From: Kiritimatiellia bacterium
GTDB lineage: Bacteria; Verrucomicrobiota; Kiritimatiellia; JAKQHR01
Reading direction: 5' to 3'
Assembly (NCBI GenBank): GCA_050178035.1
Contig: JBFXGK010000014.1
Location: 8,649-72,648 of the forward strand
Length of the DNA stretch: 64,000 nucleotides
The first letter of the stretch is position 1. Every line of letters starts with the position of its first letter. This document shows, piece after piece, positions 46,538 to 55,719 of the stretch. A program made the translations under genes and the position numbers. The notes under the pieces are model-generated. The model was not told where the DNA came from, ran no database searches, and was given only the letters and a program-made list of their open reading frames with translations.

Positions 46538-47899
46538 ATGGAACGCAATAGAGGAAAGGCGGCTAAAATGACACGGAAGCACCGGACCGGGAACTTATAC
46601 AGGCGGGGAAATGTTTGGTGGCTCAGGTACATGGTGGAGGGTAAAACCGTTTATGAATCCCTGCACTGCACCAGCCGGGATGATGCCGAGAAGGAGCGCA
46701 AGCGGATCATGCGCCCCTTGATGGCCGCCGACAAAGCCGACGTGCTGGCCAATATCTCAAAGCGACTGACCGACGCGAAGGACGAACAGGCCGCCGCCAA
46801 CGAGGAAGCCAATCCCCCGCTGGCAATCGCCGCCGCTTGGGATGCGTACTATGACAGCAAGAGCCGTCCCGATTCATCGGAGAGAACGCTGGCCGGATAT
46901 GAGAGCGCATGGAAAAGATTCAAGCGGTGGATCGAGAAGGAACACCCGGACATCAAACAGATGCGCGATGTTTCAAAGAACCTTGCCGCCGCTTACGCAA
47001 AAAAACTTGAAGCTGATGGAGTGACCGCCAGCACGTTCAACCAGCATATCGGGCTGATGCGTCTGGTATGGCGCACACTGGCAGAGGAGATTCGCGCAGG
47101 TTCAAACCCGTGGATGGACATGCGCCGGAAGAAACTCGGAGCGCAGAAGGTGGCGCACCGCCGCCGCAATCTGACACCTGAGCAATTTGATACCCTTCTA
47201 AAATGCGCTGGCAGTGCAGACATGCACGACCTTCTTTTTACTCTTGGATGGACTGGCCAGCGTCTCGCGGATATTGTTCTGTTGAAATGGAACTCAATAG
47301 ATTTCAAGCGTAAGGTTGTCACGATTCACCCGCTGAAATTGCGGCGCACAGGCAAGGAGGTTCATATTCCCCTGCTGCCACAGCTTGCGGATATTCTCAG
47401 AATGAGAAAGCGGAACGCCGCCGGGCCTCATGTGTTCCCCGAACTGGTGGAAGATTATCAGCGTGATCCGTCAGCACTGAGCAAGCGGATTGCCGCCGCC
47501 TTTGACAAGGCCGAACTGAACCCCCGCGAAAAACTGCCCGGAGTATCTAGGGCCGTTGTCGTTTATGGGGCGCATAGTCTGAGGCACTACTTCGCAACGC
47601 AAGCCCTTGCCGCAGGGATACCCTCCGAGATCGTGAAGCGAATCACCGGACACACCAGCGACACCATGCTTGCCAACTACGAGCATTTGGATGCGCGATT
47701 TATCGGAGAACTGGCGAACAAGCTACAGGCTCAACCACTGAACCCGCAGAAGCAAATCGCCGCACCGCCAGCGCATGAAGATAATCCCCTGCCCCCGTGG
47801 GCCGCGAAAATGATCGAGGGAATGACAGCAAAGAACTGGAAGAAAGTGAAAACCGAACTGCTCAAGATTCATGCGGAACCACAGGAGGCCGGACAATGA
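46538..47899 (+). CDS. int: Tyrosine site-specific integrase.
   Basis: C-terminal catalytic region HSLRHYFATQALAAGIP...ITGHTSDTMLANYEH (R, HxxR, Y). Confidence 0.85.
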   Translation: MERNRGKAAKMTRKHRTGNLYRRGNVWWLRYMVEGKTVYESLHCTSRDDAEKERKRIMRPLMAADKADVLANISKRLTDAKDEQAAANEEANPPLAIAAAWDAYYDSKSRPDSSERTLAGYESAWKRFKRWIEKEHPDIKQMRDVSKNLAAAYAKKLEADGVTASTFNQHIGLMRLVWRTLAEEIRAGSNPWMDMRRKKLGAQKVAHRRRNLTPEQFDTLLKCAGSADMHDLLFTLGWTGQRLADIVLLKWNSIDFKRKVVTIHPLKLRRTGKEVHIPLLPQLADILRMRKRNAAGPHVFPELVEDYQRDPSALSKRIAAAFDKAELNPREKLPGVSRAVVVYGAHSLRHYFATQALAAGIPSEIVKRITGHTSDTMLANYEHLDARFIGELANKLQAQPLNPQKQIAAPPAHEDNPLPPWAAKMIEGMTAKNWKKVKTELLKIHAEPQEAGQ

Positions 47900-48972
47900 A
47901 AAAGAAATCCTCACAGAACAAGAACCGCAAGCCCAAAAATATCAGCCTGTCTCTTGACTGCTTCGGGCTGTCAAACGCGGTGCATCCATATAGTGGAGAA
48001 GTTGGCGGGCAGGGAGAACAAGAGCGCATGAAGTGCAAGAAATGCGGCGGGCTGGCAATGTGGTACGGGGATGCAAATAACCCTGCCGCGCTGTATGTCA
48101 AATGCAAGAAATGCGGATGCCGCGAATATGATGTCGTGCCAAGAGAAGAGATTATTGATGATGGCGAAGGGGAGTTGAGAAAGCCACTGTCAAAAGCTGA
48201 TGCGAAGGCGGCGCGTGATGCCATATCGAAGGCAGAGGACAGCATGAGGGCGGCGCACAGCGTCTTGCTGAAATATGCCGGAAGCTCAGACTACGACATT
48301 GCCGCATATGCAATGCGCGTCCTGCTGAAAGAAACTCTTGCGCTTACTCAAAACGCGTCCGGTCTGTCTGGTGGAACAAATGCTGAGCTGGTGATGGCAA
48401 TCGCCGCGCAAAGTCATCATTGGCCTGTTATGGTGGGCATTCAACCCGAAAGCTGGAAGGCCGCAAGGAAACAAATCGAACGTATCGGACTTGGAACCAG
48501 AATCCCCATTGCTGAACAGTACCGCAACAAGAAAGCATTCAAACCTGATCGAGCCACAAACGCCATTGCATGGGAGATACTGCAAACAATTATAAAGACC
48601 CGCGCCGAGGTTCAGCAGTACGACCGGAACACCCTCAAGCATGGCCGCCTGAACGGCGAACCTGTGCCGGAATGGGTTTGCCTTTGTCGGGATCTGCCAG
48701 CACTGACACCCGATAAGAATATCCTGAAAGATTACCGCGATCTTGCCCGAAAGCACATTGCCACCATGAAAGCAAAAAGAGTTTCCAAGCATGAAACCGC
48801 TTTTGAGCTTCTTCTGCGAACCGCCGCCCCTGAATGGTTTGATTCCATTTGGGGCCGATGCACTGACGAGACAAGCCGGAAGAAAAGCAATCGCACTACT
48901 CGCGGCGCACTTCGTAAAAATGCCGAGGATGATATTCTGTCCGCACTGGTCACGATAGCAAAGAACCTTTGA
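47896..48972 (+). CDS. Hypothetical protein with an N-terminal C4 zinc ribbon. Translationally coupled to int (ATGA).
   Basis: CKKCGG...CKKCGC motif. No other recognisable domain. Confidence 0.4.
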   Translation: MKKKSSQNKNRKPKNISLSLDCFGLSNAVHPYSGEVGGQGEQERMKCKKCGGLAMWYGDANNPAALYVKCKKCGCREYDVVPREEIIDDGEGELRKPLSKADAKAARDAISKAEDSMRAAHSVLLKYAGSSDYDIAAYAMRVLLKETLALTQNASGLSGGTNAELVMAIAAQSHHWPVMVGIQPESWKAARKQIERIGLGTRIPIAEQYRNKKAFKPDRATNAIAWEILQTIIKTRAEVQQYDRNTLKHGRLNGEPVPEWVCLCRDLPALTPDKNILKDYRDLARKHIATMKAKRVSKHETAFELLLRTAAPEWFDSIWGRCTDETSRKKSNRTTRGALRKNAEDDILSALVTIAKNL

Positions 48973-49096
48973 CCCGTTTCCGCTGGTGAAAAAACAGGGG
49001 GCATTTTCACCCCTGCACCTCATTAGGACTTTTTGCGCCTATCCCATATTTTTCCCGCAGTGAGATTGTGAGTCTCAAAACACAGAAAGGGAAAAT

Positions 49097-49372
49097 ATGA
49101 GCAACAACATTGAACTTGCGCGACTGGCCGTTGCGGGACTGACGGCAAAGGATAGGGCCGTCCTGCTGAAAGACTTAACCCCGGCACAGCCGACCGAACA
49201 GCGACTTGTCCGGCGCAGGGAGGCCGCCCGTCTGCTGGCGTGTTCTGTGCGAACCATAGACCACTACGTCGAGAAGGGACTGCTTCGGCGCGTATCGGTT
49301 CCGGGGCTTAGCCGAGCAATCGGATTCAGACTGGCCGACGTTCAGGCAGTCATTGACGGGCGGGCCGCGTGA
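49097..49372 (+). CDS. AlpA/excisionase-like MerR-type HTH DNA-binding protein.
   Basis: RREAARLLACSVRTIDHYVEKGLL..GFRLADVQAVI. Confidence 0.6.
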   Translation: MSNNIELARLAVAGLTAKDRAVLLKDLTPAQPTEQRLVRRREAARLLACSVRTIDHYVEKGLLRRVSVPGLSRAIGFRLADVQAVIDGRAA

Positions 49373-49656
49373 CTGCCGCCACGTTATCCACGAAAGCCCA
49401 TGAAGGCCGTTCGTGGGATCAAAAACGTGAGGAGGAGCTTCAAAGAGTCAATGACGAAGCCCCCTCATGCCTAAAGACCTTCAAAGCCGCTTTTGGTGGG
49501 AAATCCCTTCGCGCCGGAATCAATGCTATGTGCCTTCAATGCACCTGCTTTGACCGTCTCTACATTCGGGACTGTCCCTCATCGAACTGCGGCTTGTGGC
49601 GTTATCGCCCGTTTCAAAAAATGAAGGGCCGGAGCCAGAAGGAGAGCAACCCATGA
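49369..49656 (+). CDS. Small Cys-rich hypothetical protein.
   Basis: Overlapping start. CLQCTCFDRLYIRDCPSSNC. Confidence 0.3.
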   Translation: MTAATLSTKAHEGRSWDQKREEELQRVNDEAPSCLKTFKAAFGGKSLRAGINAMCLQCTCFDRLYIRDCPSSNCGLWRYRPFQKMKGRSQKESNP

Positions 49657-49844
49657 AAGCGCATTGCCACATTTGCCAGCGCGAGACAGAAACCGCAATC
49701 CTTCAGCTTCGTGGTGGACTTGGAAATTGTTGCTCAGTCTGCCGAACCTGCCGGAAGGGAAAACCGTACTTCTCGAAGTCTGAAGTTTCAGCACTAACGG
49801 CCAAAGGCCAGAGGGTGGAACATGAACAGCACGAAATCCGATAA
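49653..49844 (+). CDS. Small zinc-ribbon protein.
   Basis: CHICQRE...CCSVCRTC. ATGA overlap. Confidence 0.3.
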   Translation: MKAHCHICQRETETAILQLRGGLGNCCSVCRTCRKGKPYFSKSEVSALTAKGQRVEHEQHEIR

Positions 49845-51081
49845 CCGCCCGACCAACTTTGACGGAATCACCGTCTCAATGGTTGCGAACTGCCAGCGCA
49901 CAAAAACCAGCGACGTTTCCTTTATGGCGGTGCTAAACGATATTCAGGCTGGCCGCTGGCGCGAAAAAGTTGAGGCCGTTCGTGAAGCTCAGTTGCAACA
50001 CGGAAAGCCTGCCGCCGATGCCCTAAAGAAGAAACTGCCCGCCGTTCTTTTCAGTGGAAAGTTTTCCCGGCGCGACAACGCTCACTTGCTGGAACACTCC
50101 GGCTTTATATGTGCCGATCTGGACGACTTGAACAGTGCATTGAGCCGGATACGCCAGCGCGTCGAAAGCGATCCGCACACCTTCGCTTGCTTCCTATCGC
50201 CCAGGGGAAACGGGCTGAAGGTTCTCTATCGCGTCCCGGCAAGCACTGATAACCACAAGGCGGCATGGAATCGCGTCGCGGCATACATTCGCGAGAACTA
50301 CAGCGTCGAGACAGACCCGACGTGCAAGGAAGTTGCCCGGCTGTGCTTCGTTTCCTTTGACCCCCATCTATATCTGAAACATGAGGCTGAAAACATCAAG
50401 TGTGATACAGAGGATACAGCACACACAGACAATTCAGCATATCCAGCAAATTCATGCCATGTGGGGGAGAAGGGAGTTGCCCCCAGCGCCCCCCGCCCCC
50501 CCACAACCGAAAAGGGGGCTATATTAGCTGTATCACACTCGGAGAAGGTGCAGCAGATCATCTTGCAGACTCAACCGAGCTTTGGAGGACAGCGGAATAA
50601 AAAGGTCTTGAATCTTGCACGCGGCCTGAAACTCGATGCCGGGCTAAGTGATGCGCCAAAATCCGAACTGAAAAAAATTGTCCGCGAATGGTTCCGGCTG
50701 GCACTTCCTCATATCAAGACCAAAGATTTTACGGAAACTTGGGCTGACTTTGTTTACGCATGGGATCGTGTTCGCACACCACTTTCAGAAGGGGCCATTA
50801 TTTCTGCTTGGCACCGAGTTGAAAGCGAACCGTTGCCGGAAGTGTGCGAGGCATACGCTGACAATGAGCGGGCAAGCCGCTTGTTGGCTCTCTGCTGGCA
50901 CCTGAAACGACAAGACGGCACCTTTTACCTGTCTATGCCACAGGCCGCGAAACTGCTCAAGATGCACCCTCATCAAGTTTTGCGGTTTTTGAAAATGTTT
51001 CGCGCCGACGGACTGTTTAGCATAATCGAAAAGGGCCAGTTGGAAAAAAGAAAAGCAACGCTGTACAGGTGGACGAAATGA
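49822..51081 (+). CDS. Replication/primase-associated protein (VirE-N / BT4734-like N-terminal domain).
   Basis: LPAVLFSGKFSRRDNAHLLEHSGFICADLDDL...FLSPRGNGLKVLYRV pattern, typical of VirE-N domains of phage/ICE primases. Confidence 0.45.
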   Translation: MNSTKSDNRPTNFDGITVSMVANCQRTKTSDVSFMAVLNDIQAGRWREKVEAVREAQLQHGKPAADALKKKLPAVLFSGKFSRRDNAHLLEHSGFICADLDDLNSALSRIRQRVESDPHTFACFLSPRGNGLKVLYRVPASTDNHKAAWNRVAAYIRENYSVETDPTCKEVARLCFVSFDPHLYLKHEAENIKCDTEDTAHTDNSAYPANSCHVGEKGVAPSAPRPPTTEKGAILAVSHSEKVQQIILQTQPSFGGQRNKKVLNLARGLKLDAGLSDAPKSELKKIVREWFRLALPHIKTKDFTETWADFVYAWDRVRTPLSEGAIISAWHRVESEPLPEVCEAYADNERASRLLALCWHLKRQDGTFYLSMPQAAKLLKMHPHQVLRFLKMFRADGLFSIIEKGQLEKRKATLYRWTK

Positions 51082-51566
51082 CCGCGCCGCCTGTGCTGAA
51101 CATCGTTTGCGATTCCAGAGAGCAACTGCCCTTTGCCTTCGCTGGCTATCCCGTGGAAGTGACAACCGGAACCCTGGAGGCCGGGGACTACAGCCTATCG
51201 GGATTCACGCGGCGCATTGCCATAGAGAGAAAAGCCCTGTCCGATCTGGTTGGCTGTCTGGGCGGTGAACGTGACCGCTTCGAGAGAGAGCTTGCAAGGC
51301 TCCGGGGTTATGACTTCGCCGCCGTCGTAGTCGAAGCCCCTGCCGAACTGCTGCAACAGGGGCGGTATCTTGGCAAACTGGATTGCAAGGCCGCATGGCA
51401 AAGCGTTCTGGCGTTCAGTCAGCGATATAGATTGCCGTTCTACTTTTGCCGGGACAGGGACGAAGCCGAAGCGGTTTGCTTAGACCTTTTGCGGCATTAT
51501 GCCCGTGACCGCTGGAAAGAACTTCGGGCTTTAACAGACAAACCAAAACAGAAAGGATCAATATGA
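51069..51566 (+). CDS. ERCC4-type (XPF/Mus81-like) nuclease.
   Basis: CDSREQ...GDYSLSG...IERKALSDLVGC matches the ERCC4 signature (GDx(n)ERKx3D). Confidence 0.55.
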   Translation: MDEMTAPPVLNIVCDSREQLPFAFAGYPVEVTTGTLEAGDYSLSGFTRRIAIERKALSDLVGCLGGERDRFERELARLRGYDFAAVVVEAPAELLQQGRYLGKLDCKAAWQSVLAFSQRYRLPFYFCRDRDEAEAVCLDLLRHYARDRWKELRALTDKPKQKGSI

Positions 51567-52177
51567 CCACCGAGAAAACCACGAACAACACCCCGCTTGA
51601 CCCGTCACAGCCGCTATCAAATGCCCGCTATGAAACTATGTGCGAGTTACGGGTTAATGATATGCCTCAGCATGAGTGCTATTCAAAGACAGCAGACAGG
51701 CGGATTAAAAAGAAAACCGCTATGGTTAGAGCGTCTGAAATCTTTTCCCGCCCCGACGTTCGGGCGCGTTTGAATTTCTTACGTTATGAAGCGATAAAGG
51801 CCAGCCAGCAACCGCCCGCGCCCTTCATGCAAACAATTCGGGATCAACTGGACGGGAAAGCCCCACTGTCCAGCGGCGACATGATGGAGCTTGCCCGTAA
51901 AAAGGCAGAACAGGCTTTAGCATTGGCCGAGACTCCGCAAGATGTTGTGAAGGCGGTTCAGGTCTGCCGTGATTTAGGCGTGATAACTTCGGGAGACAGC
52001 GACGACGTAGACCCCACCGCCGTTTTAAGATATGTTCTTTCATGCGCTGGCAAGGACGGCCAAACGATTGTCAGGGAGCTTGGCGGGTTGCGGTTTATGG
52101 TGGACTCATTCTGTGACATTTGCAAGGTCAGCCTGGACGATCTACACGAGATCACGAGGCCAGCGGTCAAAGAGTAG
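51563..52177 (+). CDS. Terminase small-subunit-like protein.
   Basis: ECYSKTADRRIKKKTAMVRASEIFSRPDVRARLNFL resembles the TerS pattern (AGYSxKTA...A..L...P.V...I). Confidence 0.4.
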   Translation: MTTEKTTNNTPLDPSQPLSNARYETMCELRVNDMPQHECYSKTADRRIKKKTAMVRASEIFSRPDVRARLNFLRYEAIKASQQPPAPFMQTIRDQLDGKAPLSSGDMMELARKKAEQALALAETPQDVVKAVQVCRDLGVITSGDSDDVDPTAVLRYVLSCAGKDGQTIVRELGGLRFMVDSFCDICKVSLDDLHEITRPAVKE

Positions 52178-52761
52178 ACATAATCGGCATTATTAACGAC
52201 ATGCCATAAAACCCCAATAAAACCGCATGTTTTTTCGGGTAGTATTTTTGAACCACCGTGTTTTTTGTCGTTTGCATAATTATGTCCGTTGAAAACCGTC
52301 CGCATTTTGAGGCGGTGGGGCGATATGCAACCGCCCGGCTTGCCCTTGCCCTATGTGGTTTGACAGTGTAGAACGTTCATAATTGCCGCGCCTGTGCTCG
52401 CAACAGGATCACACCAGCAGAGAGATCGAGGCGCAACGTGTGAGGATTTGGGAACGGATAGAAGCGGGCCGCATACCTTCAAGCGTTACAGGCAAGACAC
52501 CAGCACAGCGTCAGCGTGTCGTCGTCGGCGGTGTTCATCATCGTGGACACAGGACAATCATTGTCATTCAATAGACACCCCCCGGAGGGGGCTGCCAGCA
52601 CTCTTGATATATATATATGCCCCGTTCCCGAAAATTTAAAAATTGACAAAATGTGTCACACATAAAAGCGAGGATAACGCGTTGCAGTTGACAATAACAA
52701 ATGCAGGTGGCCCGACAAACTGACGTGCGCTGTCAAAACTATTTTCCAGCCCCGGTTTCGG

Positions 52762-53382
52762 CTAGTAGAACCGGCGAGGGCTGGAGGTGGCGGCGGGTGT
52801 TTGCTTTTTCTCTTTTGGGGGCTGAACGGGAGGAAGCCTTTCCCGCCTGTTTATACGAACAGGTTTTCCCTCGACGTGTCCCATCCATTGTCCATACCCA
52901 TCATCTTCTAAATATTCATAGAAACTTTCTGGGTAGCCCAGCCGCAGCGCACTATATTCAATGCGGCATTTTGAAAGATCATCTTTAAAGCGGATGTCTA
53001 TAATTCTGACATCATCTGTTTGTCGTTTGAGTTCCCAATATTCCGGCATTCTATACAATGGATTCATCAACAGAATCACCTTTACGGCTACGACAATGAT
53101 CACCAATGCAGCTGGGATGATCCATATCAGCGATCTTCTTTTGAAAAGTCGTTTAGTGATGATTTTTGCCTGTCCTTCTCGCGAAATGGGAACTTCTATT
53201 TTCTCTTGTGGAGAACCCGTTCCCGTCGGAGGTTGTGGAATCGTGATAAGCTGGCCGCAAGCGGGACATTTTATACTTTCACCAACCATATCTCCGGGGG
53301 CTTCCATACTCTGTTTGCAACGCGGGCAATTGAAATTCACTTCTGTCATGTTCATCTCCAGTGCATGGTTTGCATTCGTCAA
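52762..53382 (-). CDS. Zinc-ribbon membrane protein (cargo gene 3). Paralogous N-terminus to 54301-55089.
   Basis: FNCPRCKQSMEAPGDMVGESIKCPACGQLITIP, then one TM helix and a C-terminal domain. Lower GC than the host. Confidence 0.45.
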   Translation of the reverse strand: MTNANHALEMNMTEVNFNCPRCKQSMEAPGDMVGESIKCPACGQLITIPQPPTGTGSPQEKIEVPISREGQAKIITKRLFKRRSLIWIIPAALVIIVVAVKVILLMNPLYRMPEYWELKRQTDDVRIIDIRFKDDLSKCRIEYSALRLGYPESFYEYLEDDGYGQWMGHVEGKPVRINRRERLPPVQPPKEKKQTPAATSSPRRFY

Positions 53383-53478
53383 TGCTATATCCCGTGCTTG
53401 AGTCCGGCAACTGTTTCATTCGTGATGCAACACACTTTCGGCCGGTATATTATGCGCCTTATCTTTATATGGCGGTCG

Positions 53479-54240
53479 TTACCAAGAATATGATGAACGG
53501 CCGCCCATCCTTGTGATCCAACTTGTGCCGACTGCCGTCAATACTGGGCCGGTTTCTTTTGCGCCATATTCATTTACCAGTGTCCCCGTTGATACAAGAA
53601 CATACAAAGAACTAGGAGGAGACTTGCCCCCTTTTTTATACCATTTGTGGCCGATGTCGGCAGGAATCAACACGACCGCAACAGTCACACCCGAGCCATA
53701 ATTCGCGGAATAGTATTCCTTGGATTCTTGACGGGCATTGGCGCGGGGGAAACCGATCTTGATTACCTTCCCTTCCAAATCAAACATATTTCTATATATG
53801 TCGGCCCCGGTGTAGGTTTTATTGCTTGAGGGCGGAGGCACCTTGCTAGATGTTTCTGATGAACTGCTATCGGTCTGGTCGCTTGAATCACCAGCACTTG
53901 CCTCCGCAGACTCAAACTGTTTTGCGCGCTTTTCTAAATCGGTTGGCTGCGATTGAACCTTTTTCAAGTATGCCGCCTGTGCCTGCGAAGACTGTCGTGA
54001 ATAAGCCGCTGCCTTCTGCGGATCATATCCATATTTCTTTTGTATCTCCTCCGGCAACTCCCAAAATGGAATCTTAGCGATGCCGCCTGCGTGGGAGAAG
54101 GAAATGCCATCGGGTTCGACCCGTGTGATTCTGGCATTTATATAGGTCTTGCCTTTTGATGTTGTGATGTCCTCGGCGGGAATGGAAAGAGCGGCAAATA
54201 GCGAAATAATAATGCCAAATAGTGTATTCTGTATCTTCAT
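53479..54240 (-). CDS. Secreted Ser-rich hypothetical protein (cargo gene 2).
   Basis: Signal peptide MKIQNTLFGIIISLFAALSIPA. Low-complexity S/Q-rich linker. Confidence 0.4.
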   Translation of the reverse strand: MKIQNTLFGIIISLFAALSIPAEDITTSKGKTYINARITRVEPDGISFSHAGGIAKIPFWELPEEIQKKYGYDPQKAAAYSRQSSQAQAAYLKKVQSQPTDLEKRAKQFESAEASAGDSSDQTDSSSSETSSKVPPPSSNKTYTGADIYRNMFDLEGKVIKIGFPRANARQESKEYYSANYGSGVTVAVVLIPADIGHKWYKKGGKSPPSSLYVLVSTGTLVNEYGAKETGPVLTAVGTSWITRMGGRSSYSW

Positions 54241-54300
54241 AGCCGATCTCCTAAAATGACGAACACCTTTCCATACAGCAGCCCATGAGAAACTATGTTG

Positions 54301-55089
54301 CTATTGTGATATTAGACCCAGGAATAGAAAGAACAGCAAAATACCGCCGATGACCATTACCCCAAGACAAGAGCAGGATGAATTCTTGCTCCTATCGTCA
54401 CTCCCGGCAACTCCAGATTCTATTAGCTTTTCTCTGTATGCGAGAGCCTGTTCAATCATGCTGCTTGCTTGTCCTATCCCAAGAGTGGATAAGACTGTCT
54501 GATCTTTAAATCCAAGAGCGATCAGATAATCAATTTGTTTTTGCGTTGCAGGTCTTTCATTTGGTTCACGTTTAGGGCATTTCAATTTACGACTCAAATC
54601 AGGGGCATATTCGCCCTGTAGCTTTTCTTTCCGATAACCCCGATCAAGTTCTCCCATCTCCTTTAGATATGACGCCCTAATTAATGATGGAAAGAATTCT
54701 GTAATCACATCTTCAAGAAAATATTCATCCGCGCATAATTGTTCTGCATGTTCCTCGACATATTGAAAAATCTTCTTTTTCTTGGCCTCAGATATGTTCT
54801 TAACCACCTCATTGGCATATAGGTCGTAAAGGGAAGCTTCGTAGTCATTTTTGAAATCGACCACATATTTACTGACAGCGGGCTTACGGGTTTTCTCGAT
54901 TGCGGGTGGTTTCTTCGGTGCTTTCTTTTTGCGTGTTCTGGGTGAATCGGCATCAGGCTTCTGCTGTTCTGGAATACTAATAGACTGCTTGCACGTTGGG
55001 CATTCAATATATTCCCCCGCCATCTCCGGCGGCGCTTCTAGGGGCTGCTGGCAATGGGGACAACCAAAAGCAATATCAGTCATTCTCAT
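54301..55089 (-). CDS. Zinc-ribbon protein with a C-terminal TM anchor (cargo gene 1).
   Basis: FGCPHCQQPLEAPPEMAGEYIECPTCKQSISIP. C-terminal LGVMVIGGILLFFLFLGLI. Confidence 0.45.
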   Translation of the reverse strand: MRMTDIAFGCPHCQQPLEAPPEMAGEYIECPTCKQSISIPEQQKPDADSPRTRKKKAPKKPPAIEKTRKPAVSKYVVDFKNDYEASLYDLYANEVVKNISEAKKKKIFQYVEEHAEQLCADEYFLEDVITEFFPSLIRASYLKEMGELDRGYRKEKLQGEYAPDLSRKLKCPKREPNERPATQKQIDYLIALGFKDQTVLSTLGIGQASSMIEQALAYREKLIESGVAGSDDRSKNSSCSCLGVMVIGGILLFFLFLGLISQ

Positions 55090-55352
55090 TTCCTCCCGTA
55101 TGCGGCTTGCATGAAAAGGATGCTAGACCCGCCCCCATTATGCAGTCAAGCCGAACATTCAACGTGAAAGAGAGGACCGGGAATAGAATCCGCTCGTTGA
55201 CCCATCGAGAGAAACCGAAGAACTCCCCGAAGTAATGGTATGACCGCCCCCGCCCCGCTTTGTGTCAGGGATGGCCGAGACGGGCCGCCGTGACCGCCAG
55301 AAACGACAATCACCCCCAGAGAGGTATCAACACCCTACCCGCTCCCCGGCCT

Positions 55353-55452
55353 CATTTGGGACATCATTTGAGACACTGCCATACCCGCTGACTACACGCT
55401 GAATCTTTCGGACTGTCCTAAACTGTCTCAAATGTAAAAGGATTTTGAGACA
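55353..55452. promoter_or_regulatory. Cluster of four CATTTGRGACA motifs (three direct, one inverted), near attR. Candidate integrase arm-type sites or cargo-operon operator.
   Basis: Motif copies at 55353, 55365, 55424 (inverted) and 55442. The same motif (CTGTCTCAAAA) occurs at 46488-46498 near attL. Confidence 0.55.
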
Positions 55453-55570
55453 TATCCGCGAAAAGCCATTGAGAGCAAAAAAAGGCAACAAGGGCAAATG
55501 GCGATATTCGTTTGACTATTGCAAATATTGATCGAAATACAGTTTTTCCCACTGTGTTCATTGGGGAAAA

Positions 55571-55646
<76 letters not shown>

Positions 55647-55719
55647 CCACCAAAAGGATGCAAATTAGTACCGCAAGACGCCGCGTGTGGCAATCCCGCA
55701 AATCATTTTTTTTTGATTT

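Larger units (their letters stand above)
46451..55557. mobile_element. Roughly 9.1 kb integrative element, inserted in tRNA-Lys, with phage-satellite-like gene content.
   Basis: Bounded by the 58-bp direct repeat. Carries int, an AlpA-like HTH, a VirE-N/primase-like gene, ERCC4 nuclease, TerS-like gene and a low-GC cargo operon. Arm-type TTTGAGACA motifs lie near both ends. Confidence 0.8.

Noticed and set aside
52579-52800. Possible ncRNA or terminator hairpins (CCCCCGGAGGGGG; CCGGTTTCGG...AACCGG) in the AT-rich 580-bp gap inside the mobile element.
   Set aside because: The stems are short, with no T run and no conservation evidence. They could be the cargo-operon terminator or a promoter region. 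Too weak to call.
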